Shown: positions 39,809 through 48,877 of the stretch, one piece after another
Layout of the letters: each line of letters opens with the position of its first letter
Numbering within the stretch: position 1 is the stretch's first letter
Virus record (IMG/VR): IMGVR_UViG_3300044995_000369
Span: 1 to 64,000 of that record
Strand: one strand, 5' to 3'
DNA length: 64,000 nt
Source of the DNA: a virus
Program-made: the position numbers and the translations under genes
The notes under the pieces: model-generated
Seen by the model: only the letters and a program-made list of their open reading frames with translations
Databases searched by the model: none
Told to the model about the DNA's origin: nothing

Positions 39809-41971
39809 ATGTCAAAGATTTTAAAACAGGAAAACCAAGTATCTAAAGTAGACCCAGAAAAGCTAAAACAACTAGATGGAGCCTTGCTTTCCATAGAAAA
39901 AGCATTTGGCAAGGGAGCAATAAGACGTCTAGGGGACACAAAAATAGAGCCAATTGAATGTATTTCGACTGGCTCTATGAGTTTGGACTTAGCTCTGGGA
40001 ATTGGAGGAGTTCCAAGGGGCCGTATAGTGGAGATATACGGTCCAGAATCTTCTGGTAAAACTACTATCACTCTCTCGATTATTGCAGAGGCACAGAAAC
40101 TCGGAGGTACTGCAGCCTTTATAGATGCTGAACATGCACTTGACCCAAAGTATGCAAAGAAGCTAGGAGTAAATATAGACGAACTTCTAGTTTCACAACC
40201 AGACAGTGGGGAACAGGCACTGGAAATTACAGAATCTTTAGTAAGATCCAATGCGCTTGACGTAATCGTGATTGACTCAGTAGCTGCTCTGGTACCAAAG
40301 TCGGAGCTAGAGGGGGACATGGGTCAAGCTTCGATGGGCGTGCAGGCGAGGCTTATGAGCCAGGCTTTAAGAAAACTCACTGCTGCGATCCACAAGTCAA
40401 ACACGATTGTCATATTTATTAACCAAATTAGAATGAAAATTGGTGTCATGTATGGCTGTTTCCACTATGATACCCTAGTTAACTTTGCTGATGGTAGAAG
40501 TATACCTATAGGTAAGGTTGTAGACGAGAAGATAGAAGGTGAAGTATATACTTTCAATGAGGAAACTAATGAAATAGAAACTAAGCCAATTATAGATTGG
40601 CATGATAATGGAAAAGTAGAATCCAAAGAAGACTTTCTCCATATTCAAACAGAATCTATAGATGGTAAAGGTCGATTTGGTTTTACCTGTACCCCAAATC
40701 ATAAAATACTAACTTCAGTAGGATGGAAAGAGGCAAAAGATCTGTCTTATACTGATAAACTAATTTCTAAATATGTTTTAACTGTCAATGGCACATATGG
40801 AGAATTCCTCAATGGATGCTTAATTGGAGATAGTCATATATCTATTAGAGATAAGAATACTGGATCACTTCGATTTCAAGATAATGAAAACGCTGAATAC
40901 CTTAATTGGAAACTGGATAAACTCCAACCAATTCTAGGTAGCATAACTAAAAGAAGTACCAAACAGGGAATTAGATTTGAAAGTGGTTATACGTATGAGT
41001 TTTCAAAGATTAAAAGAGAACTAGGAAAAAGGGATCCTGTATATATGCTTAAGAACTTTAGTGATTTGTCTTTTGCAATATGGTTAATGGATGATGGAGT
41101 ATATGATGGTTCAAACGGCCATAGTAGATATTCCATATCAGTAAAGAGATTCAGAAATAATAAGCAAAAACTAGATGAAATTGTAGATATATTATCTACA
41201 AAAGGATTACCTTGCTCTTACAATCTTAACGAAGGTTCCATCTACTTTGACACTAAAACGAGTGAAATTATAGCTCAGAGAATATGTAAGTATGTTCCAG
41301 GACCAATGCAGTACAAGCTTCCTGAGTCCTACAGAAATAAGTATGAGGATTTCACTCTGTCTAATTCACCTAAGTTAGTTACAGAAGAAGTTAAAATCAA
41401 GCTGATTAGGAAAGCCTCTGACAGACAATACAGATGTAGAAGAAAATTCGATATATCTGTAAAAGATAATCACAACTACATGGTGGGAGGTAAACACAAC
41501 GGGGTTATTGTACATAACTCGCCCGAGACAACAACCGGAGGAAACGCCCTTAAGTTTTATGCTTCTGTGAGAATGGATGTAAGAAGAGTAGAAACAATTA
41601 CTAAAGGAGAAGAAGCAATTGGCGCAAGAATTAGAGTAAAAGTGGTAAAAAATAAAGTAGCTCCTCCATTCAGAAAAGCCGAATTTGACTTGTACTTTGA
41701 TGAGAGAGGCTTAGACAAAGCATCCCAAATTTTAGATTCTGCGGTAGCAATGAATCTCATAAAGAAATCAGGTGCTTGGTTTTCTTATGGAGATAACAGA
41801 ATTGGCCAAGGAAGAGAAAGTACTGCTGCTTATATCAGAGAAAACCCAAAGTTCATGGATGAACTTGAAAGCAAGATAAGAAAAGCCCTTGCTAGTGGCG
41901 AGTCAGTAAAGGAAGTGATACCACCAGAAGACAACGCAGAAAACAAAACTACTAAGGAAAAGGTTGAATAA
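39809..41971 (+). CDS. recA: Recombinase RecA (bacterial type, ~366 aa mature) interrupted by an intein
   Basis: [16 protein letters not shown] Walker [62 protein letters not shown] upstream. Confidence 0.98.
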   Translation: MSKILKQENQVSKVDPEKLKQLDGALLSIEKAFGKGAIRRLGDTKIEPIECISTGSMSLDLALGIGGVPRGRIVEIYGPESSGKTTITLSIIAEAQKLGGTAAFIDAEHALDPKYAKKLGVNIDELLVSQPDSGEQALEITESLVRSNALDVIVIDSVAALVPKSELEGDMGQASMGVQARLMSQALRKLTAAIHKSNTIVIFINQIRMKIGVMYGCFHYDTLVNFADGRSIPIGKVVDEKIEGEVYTFNEETNEIETKPIIDWHDNGKVESKEDFLHIQTESIDGKGRFGFTCTPNHKILTSVGWKEAKDLSYTDKLISKYVLTVNGTYGEFLNGCLIGDSHISIRDKNTGSLRFQDNENAEYLNWKLDKLQPILGSITKRSTKQGIRFESGYTYEFSKIKRELGKRDPVYMLKNFSDLSFAIWLMDDGVYDGSNGHSRYSISVKRFRNNKQKLDEIVDILSTKGLPCSYNLNEGSIYFDTKTSEIIAQRICKYVPGPMQYKLPESYRNKYEDFTLSNSPKLVTEEVKIKLIRKASDRQYRCRRKFDISVKDNHNYMVGGKHNGVIVHNSPETTTGGNALKFYASVRMDVRRVETITKGEEAIGARIRVKVVKNKVAPPFRKAEFDLYFDERGLDKASQILDSAVAMNLIKKSGAWFSYGDNRIGQGRESTAAYIRENPKFMDELESKIRKALASGESVKEVIPPEDNAENKTTKEKVE
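40457..41518 (+). mobile_element. Intein with LAGLIDADG homing endonuclease in RecA (RecA-b-type site, L2 loop), 354 aa
   Basis: Inserted at KIGVMYG|SPETT. Starts CFHYDT, block B TCTPNH, LAGLIDADG-like [12 protein letters not shown] and FAIWLMDDG, ends VIVHN followed by Ser. Confidence 0.95.
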
Positions 41972-41973
41972 AG

Positions 41974-42672
41974 ATGGATAAACTAAATCAGATCAAATTT
42001 TTGGACAAAGTAAGAGAAATAAAGAACTCCGGGTGCCAAAGGTGCCCGGATTTGGCAGCCATAAGAACTAACATTGTAGTAGGTAAGGGAAACCAAAATG
42101 CCGATACTCTCATTATTGCACAAGGTCCTGGTACACAAGAAGACCAAGAAGGAATACCATTTGTCGGTCCTGCAGGGAAGCTCCTTCATTCTATCATTTC
42201 TGCCGCAGGCTATAACCCTGAGAGTGATTTCTATTTCAGCAATGTTACTTATTGCCATACTCCTGGCAACTCGAAACCAACGTCAGTCCACTTGCAGAAC
42301 TGCTCTAGCTACGTCAGAACAATTACAGCACCTTTTAAGAAAATAGTTGCACTTGGCGCATCTGCAGTGGAAGGAATTCTAGCAATTTGGGGAAGAGAAC
42401 ACTTAGCCAAAGCTTCTTTATCAATGAAAGATATACTAACAAGGGGGACTCCGCTAGAGCTTTCCAGTGGAAAGCTTTTGTTTATATGCTATCATCCAAG
42501 TTTTCTGCTAAGGAACCAAATGACAGGTCCACAATTTAGTGAGTATAACTTACTTCTGAATGAGATAAAACAAGCGAAATCTTATAATAAAGATCTAGTA
42601 AATAAAAATGCTAGAGTAGAGAACTCAGCATTTAGGTTATTCGCCTCTGGAGAAAATGTAAGCTTGTTCTAG
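41974..42672 (+). CDS. udg: Uracil-DNA glycosylase, family 4-like (Fe-S)
   Basis: CQRC...C...C Fe-S ligands, AQGPG..ED..G.PFVG.AGKLL, SNVTYC, VALG..A, YHPSFLLR. Confidence 0.88.
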   Translation: MDKLNQIKFLDKVREIKNSGCQRCPDLAAIRTNIVVGKGNQNADTLIIAQGPGTQEDQEGIPFVGPAGKLLHSIISAAGYNPESDFYFSNVTYCHTPGNSKPTSVHLQNCSSYVRTITAPFKKIVALGASAVEGILAIWGREHLAKASLSMKDILTRGTPLELSSGKLLFICYHPSFLLRNQMTGPQFSEYNLLLNEIKQAKSYNKDLVNKNARVENSAFRLFASGENVSLF

Positions 42673-42673
42673 C

Positions 42674-43375
42674 ATGGCAGTAAAGAAATCTTTGGAAAAG
42701 AAACCATTAGACGTCAGGCCGAGTTACACCTCATTGGAAGAACTATGCAAGAAGTATTCCCATGAAGCTTATGTTCCTAGCGGTACTTCTGGAGACAAAG
42801 TATTCAGAGTGAATACAATGATGAAAATACTTAGGGAATTTTGTAGTCTCCATAACTACACATACAGTATAATTCCGAGATTTATAGATGTTTCAAATGC
42901 AGTTAGGACAGTTGCAGTATCTGTAGAAGTGAGGGACTCAGAAGGCACAACAATATGGGAAACGTTTGGAGTTGCAAGTAGGTATACCTATACCCTTAGC
43001 AGCAAAATTAAGGATGCTGCTATAGAGGTAGCACAAACAGTAGCCACTGGTAAAGCACTGGTAATGCTAGGGATAACTCCTGTAGATAATTTTGTTACTT
43101 ATAGTATGGAAGAGTTAGAACTACATAACTCAATAAAACAAAAAGTAGACCCACAAATACTAAGAGCAAAAGCTGCAGAGTTGATAGCTCAGCTTCCAGA
43201 AGAATTTAAGAAGAGAGCAAGATACGCAAATATAGGTATTGACACTGTACTTGATCTTATAGATGTTGAAAAAGACAGTGTTGATGTGCTTGCTGAAAGA
43301 CTCGGAAACTATCTTGAAACGGGGAAATCAGGTAGGTTGAACAATGTTGAAACCTCTCCTGATAAGGCGACTTGA
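42674..43375 (+). CDS. Putative Rad52/Sak-like single-strand annealing protein
   Basis: A beta-beta-beta-alpha pattern VAVSVEVRD...WETFGVA...AIEVAQTVATGKALVMLGI resembles the phage Rad52-like E.A.T.A.GRAL..LGI motif. Adjacent to recA and an exonuclease. Confidence 0.55.
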   Translation: MAVKKSLEKKPLDVRPSYTSLEELCKKYSHEAYVPSGTSGDKVFRVNTMMKILREFCSLHNYTYSIIPRFIDVSNAVRTVAVSVEVRDSEGTTIWETFGVASRYTYTLSSKIKDAAIEVAQTVATGKALVMLGITPVDNFVTYSMEELELHNSIKQKVDPQILRAKAAELIAQLPEEFKKRARYANIGIDTVLDLIDVEKDSVDVLAERLGNYLETGKSGRLNNVETSPDKAT

Positions 43376-44198
43376 AAATGAAGAAAAGGTAATTACTTAT
43401 TCTCCAAGAAGGCTGGCAAAAGCATTCTATTGTGGAAAGTCTGCATATCATGACAGGTTTTCTCCTGGAAGTCCATTAACAAAAGGAATAGAATACGGGT
43501 CTGCAATAGACTCAGAAATATCAAAATTAGTATCTGGAAAAGAGTATAAGTACTCTAAAGAGATAGAGTTTTATGTTCTAAATACTCCTAGCTTGACAGA
43601 TGATGTCAAGCCTTCTCAGGAGTCAAAATCTAACATAGAGTTAACTGTTTTTGGGGAGAAGGTAACTGTACTATTGGAGGGTCTTTGTGATGTTCTCTAT
43701 CCCAATCTAGTGGTAGAAGTGAAAACCGGAAAGCAGAAAAAGTGGCATGAAATTCAAGCATTGTGTTATGCTGTTGCCTTCAAGAGAATATGCCAAGTCA
43801 TATACGTAACAAGAGGTTATTCTATTTTTGTAGAACCAGACGAGGAAAAGCTAAAGGAAATACTGCTGAAAGCAATAGACAATGAGGTGATAGAACAAAC
43901 ATCCAGGAATGAGTTTTGTGAGCATTGTGTTTTGAAAAAGGGATGTTTTGAATGGGATACTAGAAGTGGTTACATAAAGGCAATGGGAATGCTGAAACAG
44001 TACTTAACCACAGAGAACTTGGATAAACAAGAAGAAAAAGATGTAAAAGAGTGCATAGCGAAGCTTTCCAAATATGCTCACAAGTACATAAATGCTGGAG
44101 AAAGCTATAGAGTAGAGAACGTAATTGTACTTCCAAACAAGGATAAAGAAACTGGGCAAGTCAGAGGAGTTATTCTTAAAAGTTCAACTGACTCTTGA
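43344..44198 (+). CDS. Cas4-like PD-(D/E)xK exonuclease with Fe-S cysteines
   Basis: N-terminal YCG, EGLCD, VEVKTG, HEIQALCYA (RecB-type QxxxY) and C-terminal CEHC-x5-C. Confidence 0.8.
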   Translation: MLKPLLIRRLENEEKVITYSPRRLAKAFYCGKSAYHDRFSPGSPLTKGIEYGSAIDSEISKLVSGKEYKYSKEIEFYVLNTPSLTDDVKPSQESKSNIELTVFGEKVTVLLEGLCDVLYPNLVVEVKTGKQKKWHEIQALCYAVAFKRICQVIYVTRGYSIFVEPDEEKLKEILLKAIDNEVIEQTSRNEFCEHCVLKKGCFEWDTRSGYIKAMGMLKQYLTTENLDKQEEKDVKECIAKLSKYAHKYINAGESYRVENVIVLPNKDKETGQVRGVILKSSTDS

Positions 44199-45363
44199 TG
44201 TTATCGATAGTATTAAGGTAAACACTCTCAAAATTTTGCCCTGCTACATCTCTCATCAGAGCTAGTCTTCTTTTCTTTTCATAGAGAGTTGCTCCTTGAG
44301 CGGTAGGCTCAAATGGATTAACTTCTCCCCCAAACCCTTTTTTGACAGGCACTATTGGGTCTATAGCTACTGCTTTGTATTGATAAGCTACCTCGTTCTC
44401 AAGCTGCCTGGTTGTTATAGAACCACCATCATCAGTAAACGTTATTCCCCAAATATTCATTGCACTAGAAGCACCATACTCATTATGGAAAACAATTGTA
44501 AGGTCAAAGCTTGGCATTTCTGTAGATTCGAGTTCTTCGAATGAAGTAAGTCCACTAGAAGGAGCTATAGGACTATTTCCATGAAAATACTCAAGGGGAG
44601 ACACTGCTCTTATTGGATCCTCGTCAAACAAGGCAAATATCATGGTTCCAGCATATGTTTTTGCTCCTGGGGTAAATTTTTTTGGACTGTCTTGGTACGT
44701 TGCCCTATCTGAGTTCTTATCCTTATGTCTAGACCAGGAAATACCGGTAAGTCCTTTAACCTCTGCTAAAAAGTTTCCAGCAAACACTGCCATAGCTTTT
44801 ATATCTACAGAGGTGTATGTAGATCCAAACCTATTCACATTTGTAACTCTATCTGTTAGTCTTATGATTCCACTTAATGGAAAACCAAGTGCTGAGTTGA
44901 TGGCTTGGGTTTTTTGTTCATCTAAACTAGTAGTGAATTCACCAGTATCTAGGTCTATTTCTTGTACATTTATATCGGTATCCAAACTGACAATTTGATT
45001 TTCAACTAGCGTAGCCAGCTGTTTCGCAGCATTAATAAATAGTTCTCTGTTTCCAAGAGTTGTAGTCGAGCTTACTGGAGGAAAAGGCTGGTAATTACCT
45101 GTAAGCCTGTTATAGTATCTATTTGAGGTTCTTTGTTGGGCAGCGGACAACCTGGCCGATAGTATCCCAACTTCCCTTCTCAGCTGCTCGATATATTGTC
45201 TGTTCCTAACAACGGCTCCTAAATCTGCATTATTCGGAGCAACTATTCTCTCTTGATTTCTACCAAATATGTCATTTGTAGTTTGCCTTGTAATGTTAGT
45301 AGGGATAGGTTGAATACCTGCTATTCTTAGAATATCACCTACCTTTTTACCACCAGGTCTCAT
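44176..45363 (-). CDS. Tail tube paralog / tube-baseplate junction protein (395 aa)
   Basis: The C-terminal half (TYTSVDIKA...LTGISWS...GAKTYAGTMIFALFDE...FDLTIVFHNEYGASS.M.I.GI...DDGG) aligns by eye with the neighbouring tube protein. Confidence 0.7.
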   Translation of the reverse strand: MRPGGKKVGDILRIAGIQPIPTNITRQTTNDIFGRNQERIVAPNNADLGAVVRNRQYIEQLRREVGILSARLSAAQQRTSNRYYNRLTGNYQPFPPVSSTTTLGNRELFINAAKQLATLVENQIVSLDTDINVQEIDLDTGEFTTSLDEQKTQAINSALGFPLSGIIRLTDRVTNVNRFGSTYTSVDIKAMAVFAGNFLAEVKGLTGISWSRHKDKNSDRATYQDSPKKFTPGAKTYAGTMIFALFDEDPIRAVSPLEYFHGNSPIAPSSGLTSFEELESTEMPSFDLTIVFHNEYGASSAMNIWGITFTDDGGSITTRQLENEVAYQYKAVAIDPIVPVKKGFGGEVNPFEPTAQGATLYEKKRRLALMRDVAGQNFESVYLNTIDNIKSQLNF

Positions 45364-45371
45364 CCTGAGCT

Positions 45372-45400
45372 ATTATACCCACTAAAACTAACTATGTCTA
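45372..45400 (-). promoter_or_regulatory. Sigma70-type promoter giving a near-leaderless transcript
   Basis: TAGACA-N17-TATAAT on the minus strand, with 8 nt between the -10 and the ATG at 45363. Confidence 0.65.
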
Positions 45401-45406
45401 TAAACA

Positions 45407-45431
45407 AAAAGAGGTCTTTTAGACCTCTTTT
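45407..45431. terminator. Rho-independent (bidirectional) terminator after the tail tube gene
   Basis: AAAAGAGGTCT-TTT-AGACCTCTTTT hairpin with A/T tracts on both sides. Confidence 0.8.
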
Positions 45432-45452
45432 CATCTTGGTATGTTATTCAGC

Positions 45453-46310
45453 TTAAGGAGCTGCTGCTATTTGGTTAAATAGCGGATCTGGAGAAGCCAG
45501 GTTTTGGTTAGGATTGGTAATTTGTCTAATCCTACCAATAAGGGTTTCTGCAGGATCGTCTCCTGTTGTAATAGGTACCCAAGGAGTTTTAGTGATAGCT
45601 ATGTATGTCATTTGCTGTTCATTGGTAATATCGTCGACAGACACACCACCACCCTCATTGATGATTTCTACGCCAATAACTGCACAAGAGGAAGCTCTAC
45701 CATACTCATTCTGGGCTGCCATGGTAATGTCAAAAGGATAAACTTGGTCAGCATGTTGAGGTGCTCTTCTGACAGACAAAGCACCGGCAACACCATTTGC
45801 AGCATTTGCACCAGCCACGCCAAAAGATTGACCAGCTCTGTTATCAACAGAATTTCTATTTTGGGGTCCAGCTGCAGTAAACTGAGTATCTCTTGCTCCA
45901 CCTACCAATGTGTCCCCACCGGACAGACCAGTAGCTCCAGCAAAATTGTTTGCGGCATTAGCAGGAAAGAACGTACCAATAAATGCGGCAATGTTAATTG
46001 GATTTGTCAGGTAATTTACTTCATCAGCATGCGCATAGTAGAAGTGAGACTCATCCATGAACATATTGTAGAATGAGTCTCTATCAAACAGAGTAAATTG
46101 CATTGAACCTGCACATGCTCTTTTGCCCCTTGAGATTGACCTTGCATTCGCAGAACCAAATGTATATACTGGAACTTTTTCCCTTGTAAGAGAGGTTGCG
46201 AGTCCGGACAACGTTGCCATTACTAGGTTATCAAAAATCGCAGTAATGTCTATGCCAGAAAATGTAGTATATGTTGAAACTACCCTTGAAGCTAGGCTGT
46301 TAGATGCCAT
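45453..46310 (-). CDS. Tail tube protein (285 aa)
   Basis: Directly follows the sheath gene. TFSGIDITA...TREKVPVYTFGS...SISRGKR..AGS..F..FDR and PFDIT....NEYG......GVEIINEG.G.S.DD are typical of large-myophage tube proteins. Strong SD GGAGG. Confidence 0.8.
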   Translation of the reverse strand: MASNSLASRVVSTYTTFSGIDITAIFDNLVMATLSGLATSLTREKVPVYTFGSANARSISRGKRACAGSMQFTLFDRDSFYNMFMDESHFYYAHADEVNYLTNPINIAAFIGTFFPANAANNFAGATGLSGGDTLVGGARDTQFTAAGPQNRNSVDNRAGQSFGVAGANAANGVAGALSVRRAPQHADQVYPFDITMAAQNEYGRASSCAVIGVEIINEGGGVSVDDITNEQQMTYIAITKTPWVPITTGDDPAETLIGRIRQITNPNQNLASPDPLFNQIAAAP

Positions 46311-46333
46311 ATTTTATTGCCTCCATCTTTACT

Positions 46334-46342
46334 ATCATATCA
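46334..46342 (-). promoter_or_regulatory. Extended -10 promoter (TGATATGAT) upstream of the tube gene
   Basis: TGnTAnnAT motif in the sheath-tube intergenic gap. Confidence 0.45.
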
Positions 46343-46363
46343 TGTTACTGGAGAGAGAATCCA

Positions 46364-48808
46364 TTATAGATTCTCTCCTCCCAGTTTAATAGTTGTTTCA
46401 AAGAAAACCCTGCGGATTTCGACAGAAGTTTCTATGAAGAGTCTCAACTTAGTCTCCCCGCTAATATGGCCACCAGGTACAGGCACCACTTCAGCTTTGA
46501 AAATACTTATGTATTGTGGAACTAATGCATTTATAACATCTCTGTTAATCCTAGATTGCATCAAGTTCAGGATAGTTGAATCTCTTCTAAGACCAATATA
46601 GCTAGAAGCAATATCTCTTGCAAGTCGAACTGCCAAGTAGACAGTATCTCTAACAAGCTGTCTTGCCATGTTACTACCTACTTGAGCAGCAGTAGGAGCA
46701 TCTGCTACCCTGATTTCGTTTTGAGGACTCAAAACAAGAGTAGTGTATCTAGCAGAGTTAAGTCTACCTACAATTGCCCCAGAGGGGAAAGTTACCAGTA
46801 GCCTTTTTACGAATGCAGGTACGTTTTGACGAATCAAAGACTCAGATAATCTACCATCTAGCTGCATACCGCAAATTACGTATGCAGGGTTTTCTATGTA
46901 CTGAGCCCCTCCCTGCAAGAGAATGTCACTTGCATAGAAGACTCCCAAAGCAACATCTATATGGTAAGAAGACAAACTTGCCATTATAGAAGCTGCGCTG
47001 AATGGATTAGAAAAGTCATCTAGCAGGTAGTTATACCAAGAGTTTATGGCGGTTTCTCCTTTGTTAATCTCTTGTAAAGAAAGAGGTTTAACACCGATAA
47101 CCGTGCTGCACTCCCCAGAAACTTTAGACTTGAACTCTAATTTGGTCTTAAGCAAGGCTGCCCAGTTAATCGATACTTTTCCTGGTAGACCGGTTTCTTC
47201 ATCAATACCATCTACCACTTCATCCAAATATGCTCCAGCAACAATTACTCTCCTAAAGGGAACAAGCATTGTTTCATCAAGGGCTTGTTCAACAAGTTCT
47301 TTGTATCTTTGACGAGTAATAAATGAGCCGGAAGTTCCACCCTTAAGTGCGGACTCTTGGATATAGGTAGGTGTGGGTGTAGAACCAGTAAGAATGGTAG
47401 AAGTTGGAGCCGGTAGCTCAGGAAGATACTCAAAATCAATATAGACAGTTGCTCCCGTTGAAGGTGCAGTGTCCGGATTTATGAATTGGATTTTGATGTT
47501 ATTCCTATCTGCAATGTTGAGATCAGATGGCGCAAATACTTTCACTGCGTCATAAGTGACTGTTAATTCCAATGTTTGAGCAGCACCGAATGTAATGTTA
47601 TTTCCTGCAACAAAATAGGAATTCTCGTTACCAATAACAAGCTCACTTCTTGTATTTGCCTCAGTAAGGTTTGCGCCAAAACTGTAGGAAACCAGAATCT
47701 GGTCGCCAATTTGCATTGGAGGAATGTTATTGATTGTAATATCTGGTCCAGAGAAAGAGAAAGTTGCAGGAGAAGGCAGCAGCTCAGTTGTTGCCCCACC
47801 TCTGACTCTTTTAATTGAACTAACAATTATTGTACCAATGTTCCCATTCCATGCCAATGCAGGAGAGGATATGCTGAGGGTTTTCGTTACAGAAGTCTGA
47901 CCGATATTCGCAGAAGTTGCTTTGATAACTTGCTCATCTTTAACTTTCCTGCGGAAGGAAGTAATAGTTGCAGTAAAAGGATCTGAGTCTTTGTTAGGAG
48001 CGTATTTGAGTCTGCTAACAGTCCTACCAACCTCAAGAGTTTCAGTATGAGTTACTTGCTCTTTAACGCTTATGATATTGAGAAGTTTATCCCCCCATGA
48101 TTCATTAAGACCGATTGGATTAACTTCAATGTATGGAAGACCATCGTTTTGTACTGTTACCGGATAGTTTGACTTGAGCAGCCTTGTAAAGCGGACGTCA
48201 AGAACTGAAGAAATATTTTCATCTGCAAGAATCTGATTAGTTAATTCTTGAACGTTTTTAGCAACACCTGGCCTTACACCATAAGGGTCTACACTAAAAA
48301 CCCTACGATAACCATTCGGCAGTTCTACAGTCACAGAAGACGGAATACCAGACTCTCCTCTAACAGTGACTCTTGTGTTGTTAGCAGCTTCATCTTCTTC
48401 CAAAGATTCGAAAATCATGCATACTATTGGCTTACCTTCATCATCGAAACTAAAGCTGAGGTCGCCAACGTCCTGAATCTGCATTTCGTAGAGACTCAAC
48501 CTTGCCTTACTAGAATCACCTACTTTGTAGATGTACATGTCCTTATCTCTGTTTGCAGTAGAAGCTTGAATAGCTATAGCTGCATGGACGGCATTAGTCT
48601 CCCAGTCACTTGCTCCAAGAGCAGGTGCTTCTCCGTATTGGCTAATAACGTCACCGTATGTGACTTTTCTAAGTACTTTGGTGCGACCTTTTCTTGCTGT
48701 ACCTATTATCAAGGTAGCATTAGAGGTGTTAGTGCTAGAAGGTATGTCAAAAACTTCTTCCAGTATGTTAGACTCAACATAATTAAGGCCCTCAATCAAA
48801 CCAGCCAT
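46364..48808 (-). CDS. Contractile tail sheath protein (814 aa)
   Basis: N-terminal LIIGTARKG, internal LKGG, and a C-terminal sheath domain (RLNSARYT...VADAPTAA...SYIG...ISGETKLRLFIETSVEIRRVFFETTI). Precedes the tube gene. SD GGAGG. Confidence 0.85.
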   Translation of the reverse strand: MAGLIEGLNYVESNILEEVFDIPSSTNTSNATLIIGTARKGRTKVLRKVTYGDVISQYGEAPALGASDWETNAVHAAIAIQASTANRDKDMYIYKVGDSSKARLSLYEMQIQDVGDLSFSFDDEGKPIVCMIFESLEEDEAANNTRVTVRGESGIPSSVTVELPNGYRRVFSVDPYGVRPGVAKNVQELTNQILADENISSVLDVRFTRLLKSNYPVTVQNDGLPYIEVNPIGLNESWGDKLLNIISVKEQVTHTETLEVGRTVSRLKYAPNKDSDPFTATITSFRRKVKDEQVIKATSANIGQTSVTKTLSISSPALAWNGNIGTIIVSSIKRVRGGATTELLPSPATFSFSGPDITINNIPPMQIGDQILVSYSFGANLTEANTRSELVIGNENSYFVAGNNITFGAAQTLELTVTYDAVKVFAPSDLNIADRNNIKIQFINPDTAPSTGATVYIDFEYLPELPAPTSTILTGSTPTPTYIQESALKGGTSGSFITRQRYKELVEQALDETMLVPFRRVIVAGAYLDEVVDGIDEETGLPGKVSINWAALLKTKLEFKSKVSGECSTVIGVKPLSLQEINKGETAINSWYNYLLDDFSNPFSAASIMASLSSYHIDVALGVFYASDILLQGGAQYIENPAYVICGMQLDGRLSESLIRQNVPAFVKRLLVTFPSGAIVGRLNSARYTTLVLSPQNEIRVADAPTAAQVGSNMARQLVRDTVYLAVRLARDIASSYIGLRRDSTILNLMQSRINRDVINALVPQYISIFKAEVVPVPGGHISGETKLRLFIETSVEIRRVFFETTIKLGGENL

Positions 48809-48854
48809 ATAACTTCCTCCAAATTGCAGTCTTTACTCAAGGAGTTTATAAACT

Positions 48855-48863
48855 ATTGTAACA
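48855..48863 (-). promoter_or_regulatory. Extended -10 promoter (TGTTACAAT) upstream of the sheath gene
   Basis: TGnTACAAT in an AT-rich intergenic gap. Confidence 0.5.
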
Positions 48864-48877
48864 CACTTATTTATTTT

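Noticed and set aside
39721-40320. 199-aa minus-strand ORF opposite recA
   Set aside because: Typical antisense open frame of the conserved recA gene, with no independent evidence.
43344-44198. CRISPR-Cas locus suggested by the Cas4-like gene
   Set aside because: No repeat-spacer array or other cas genes are visible in the window.
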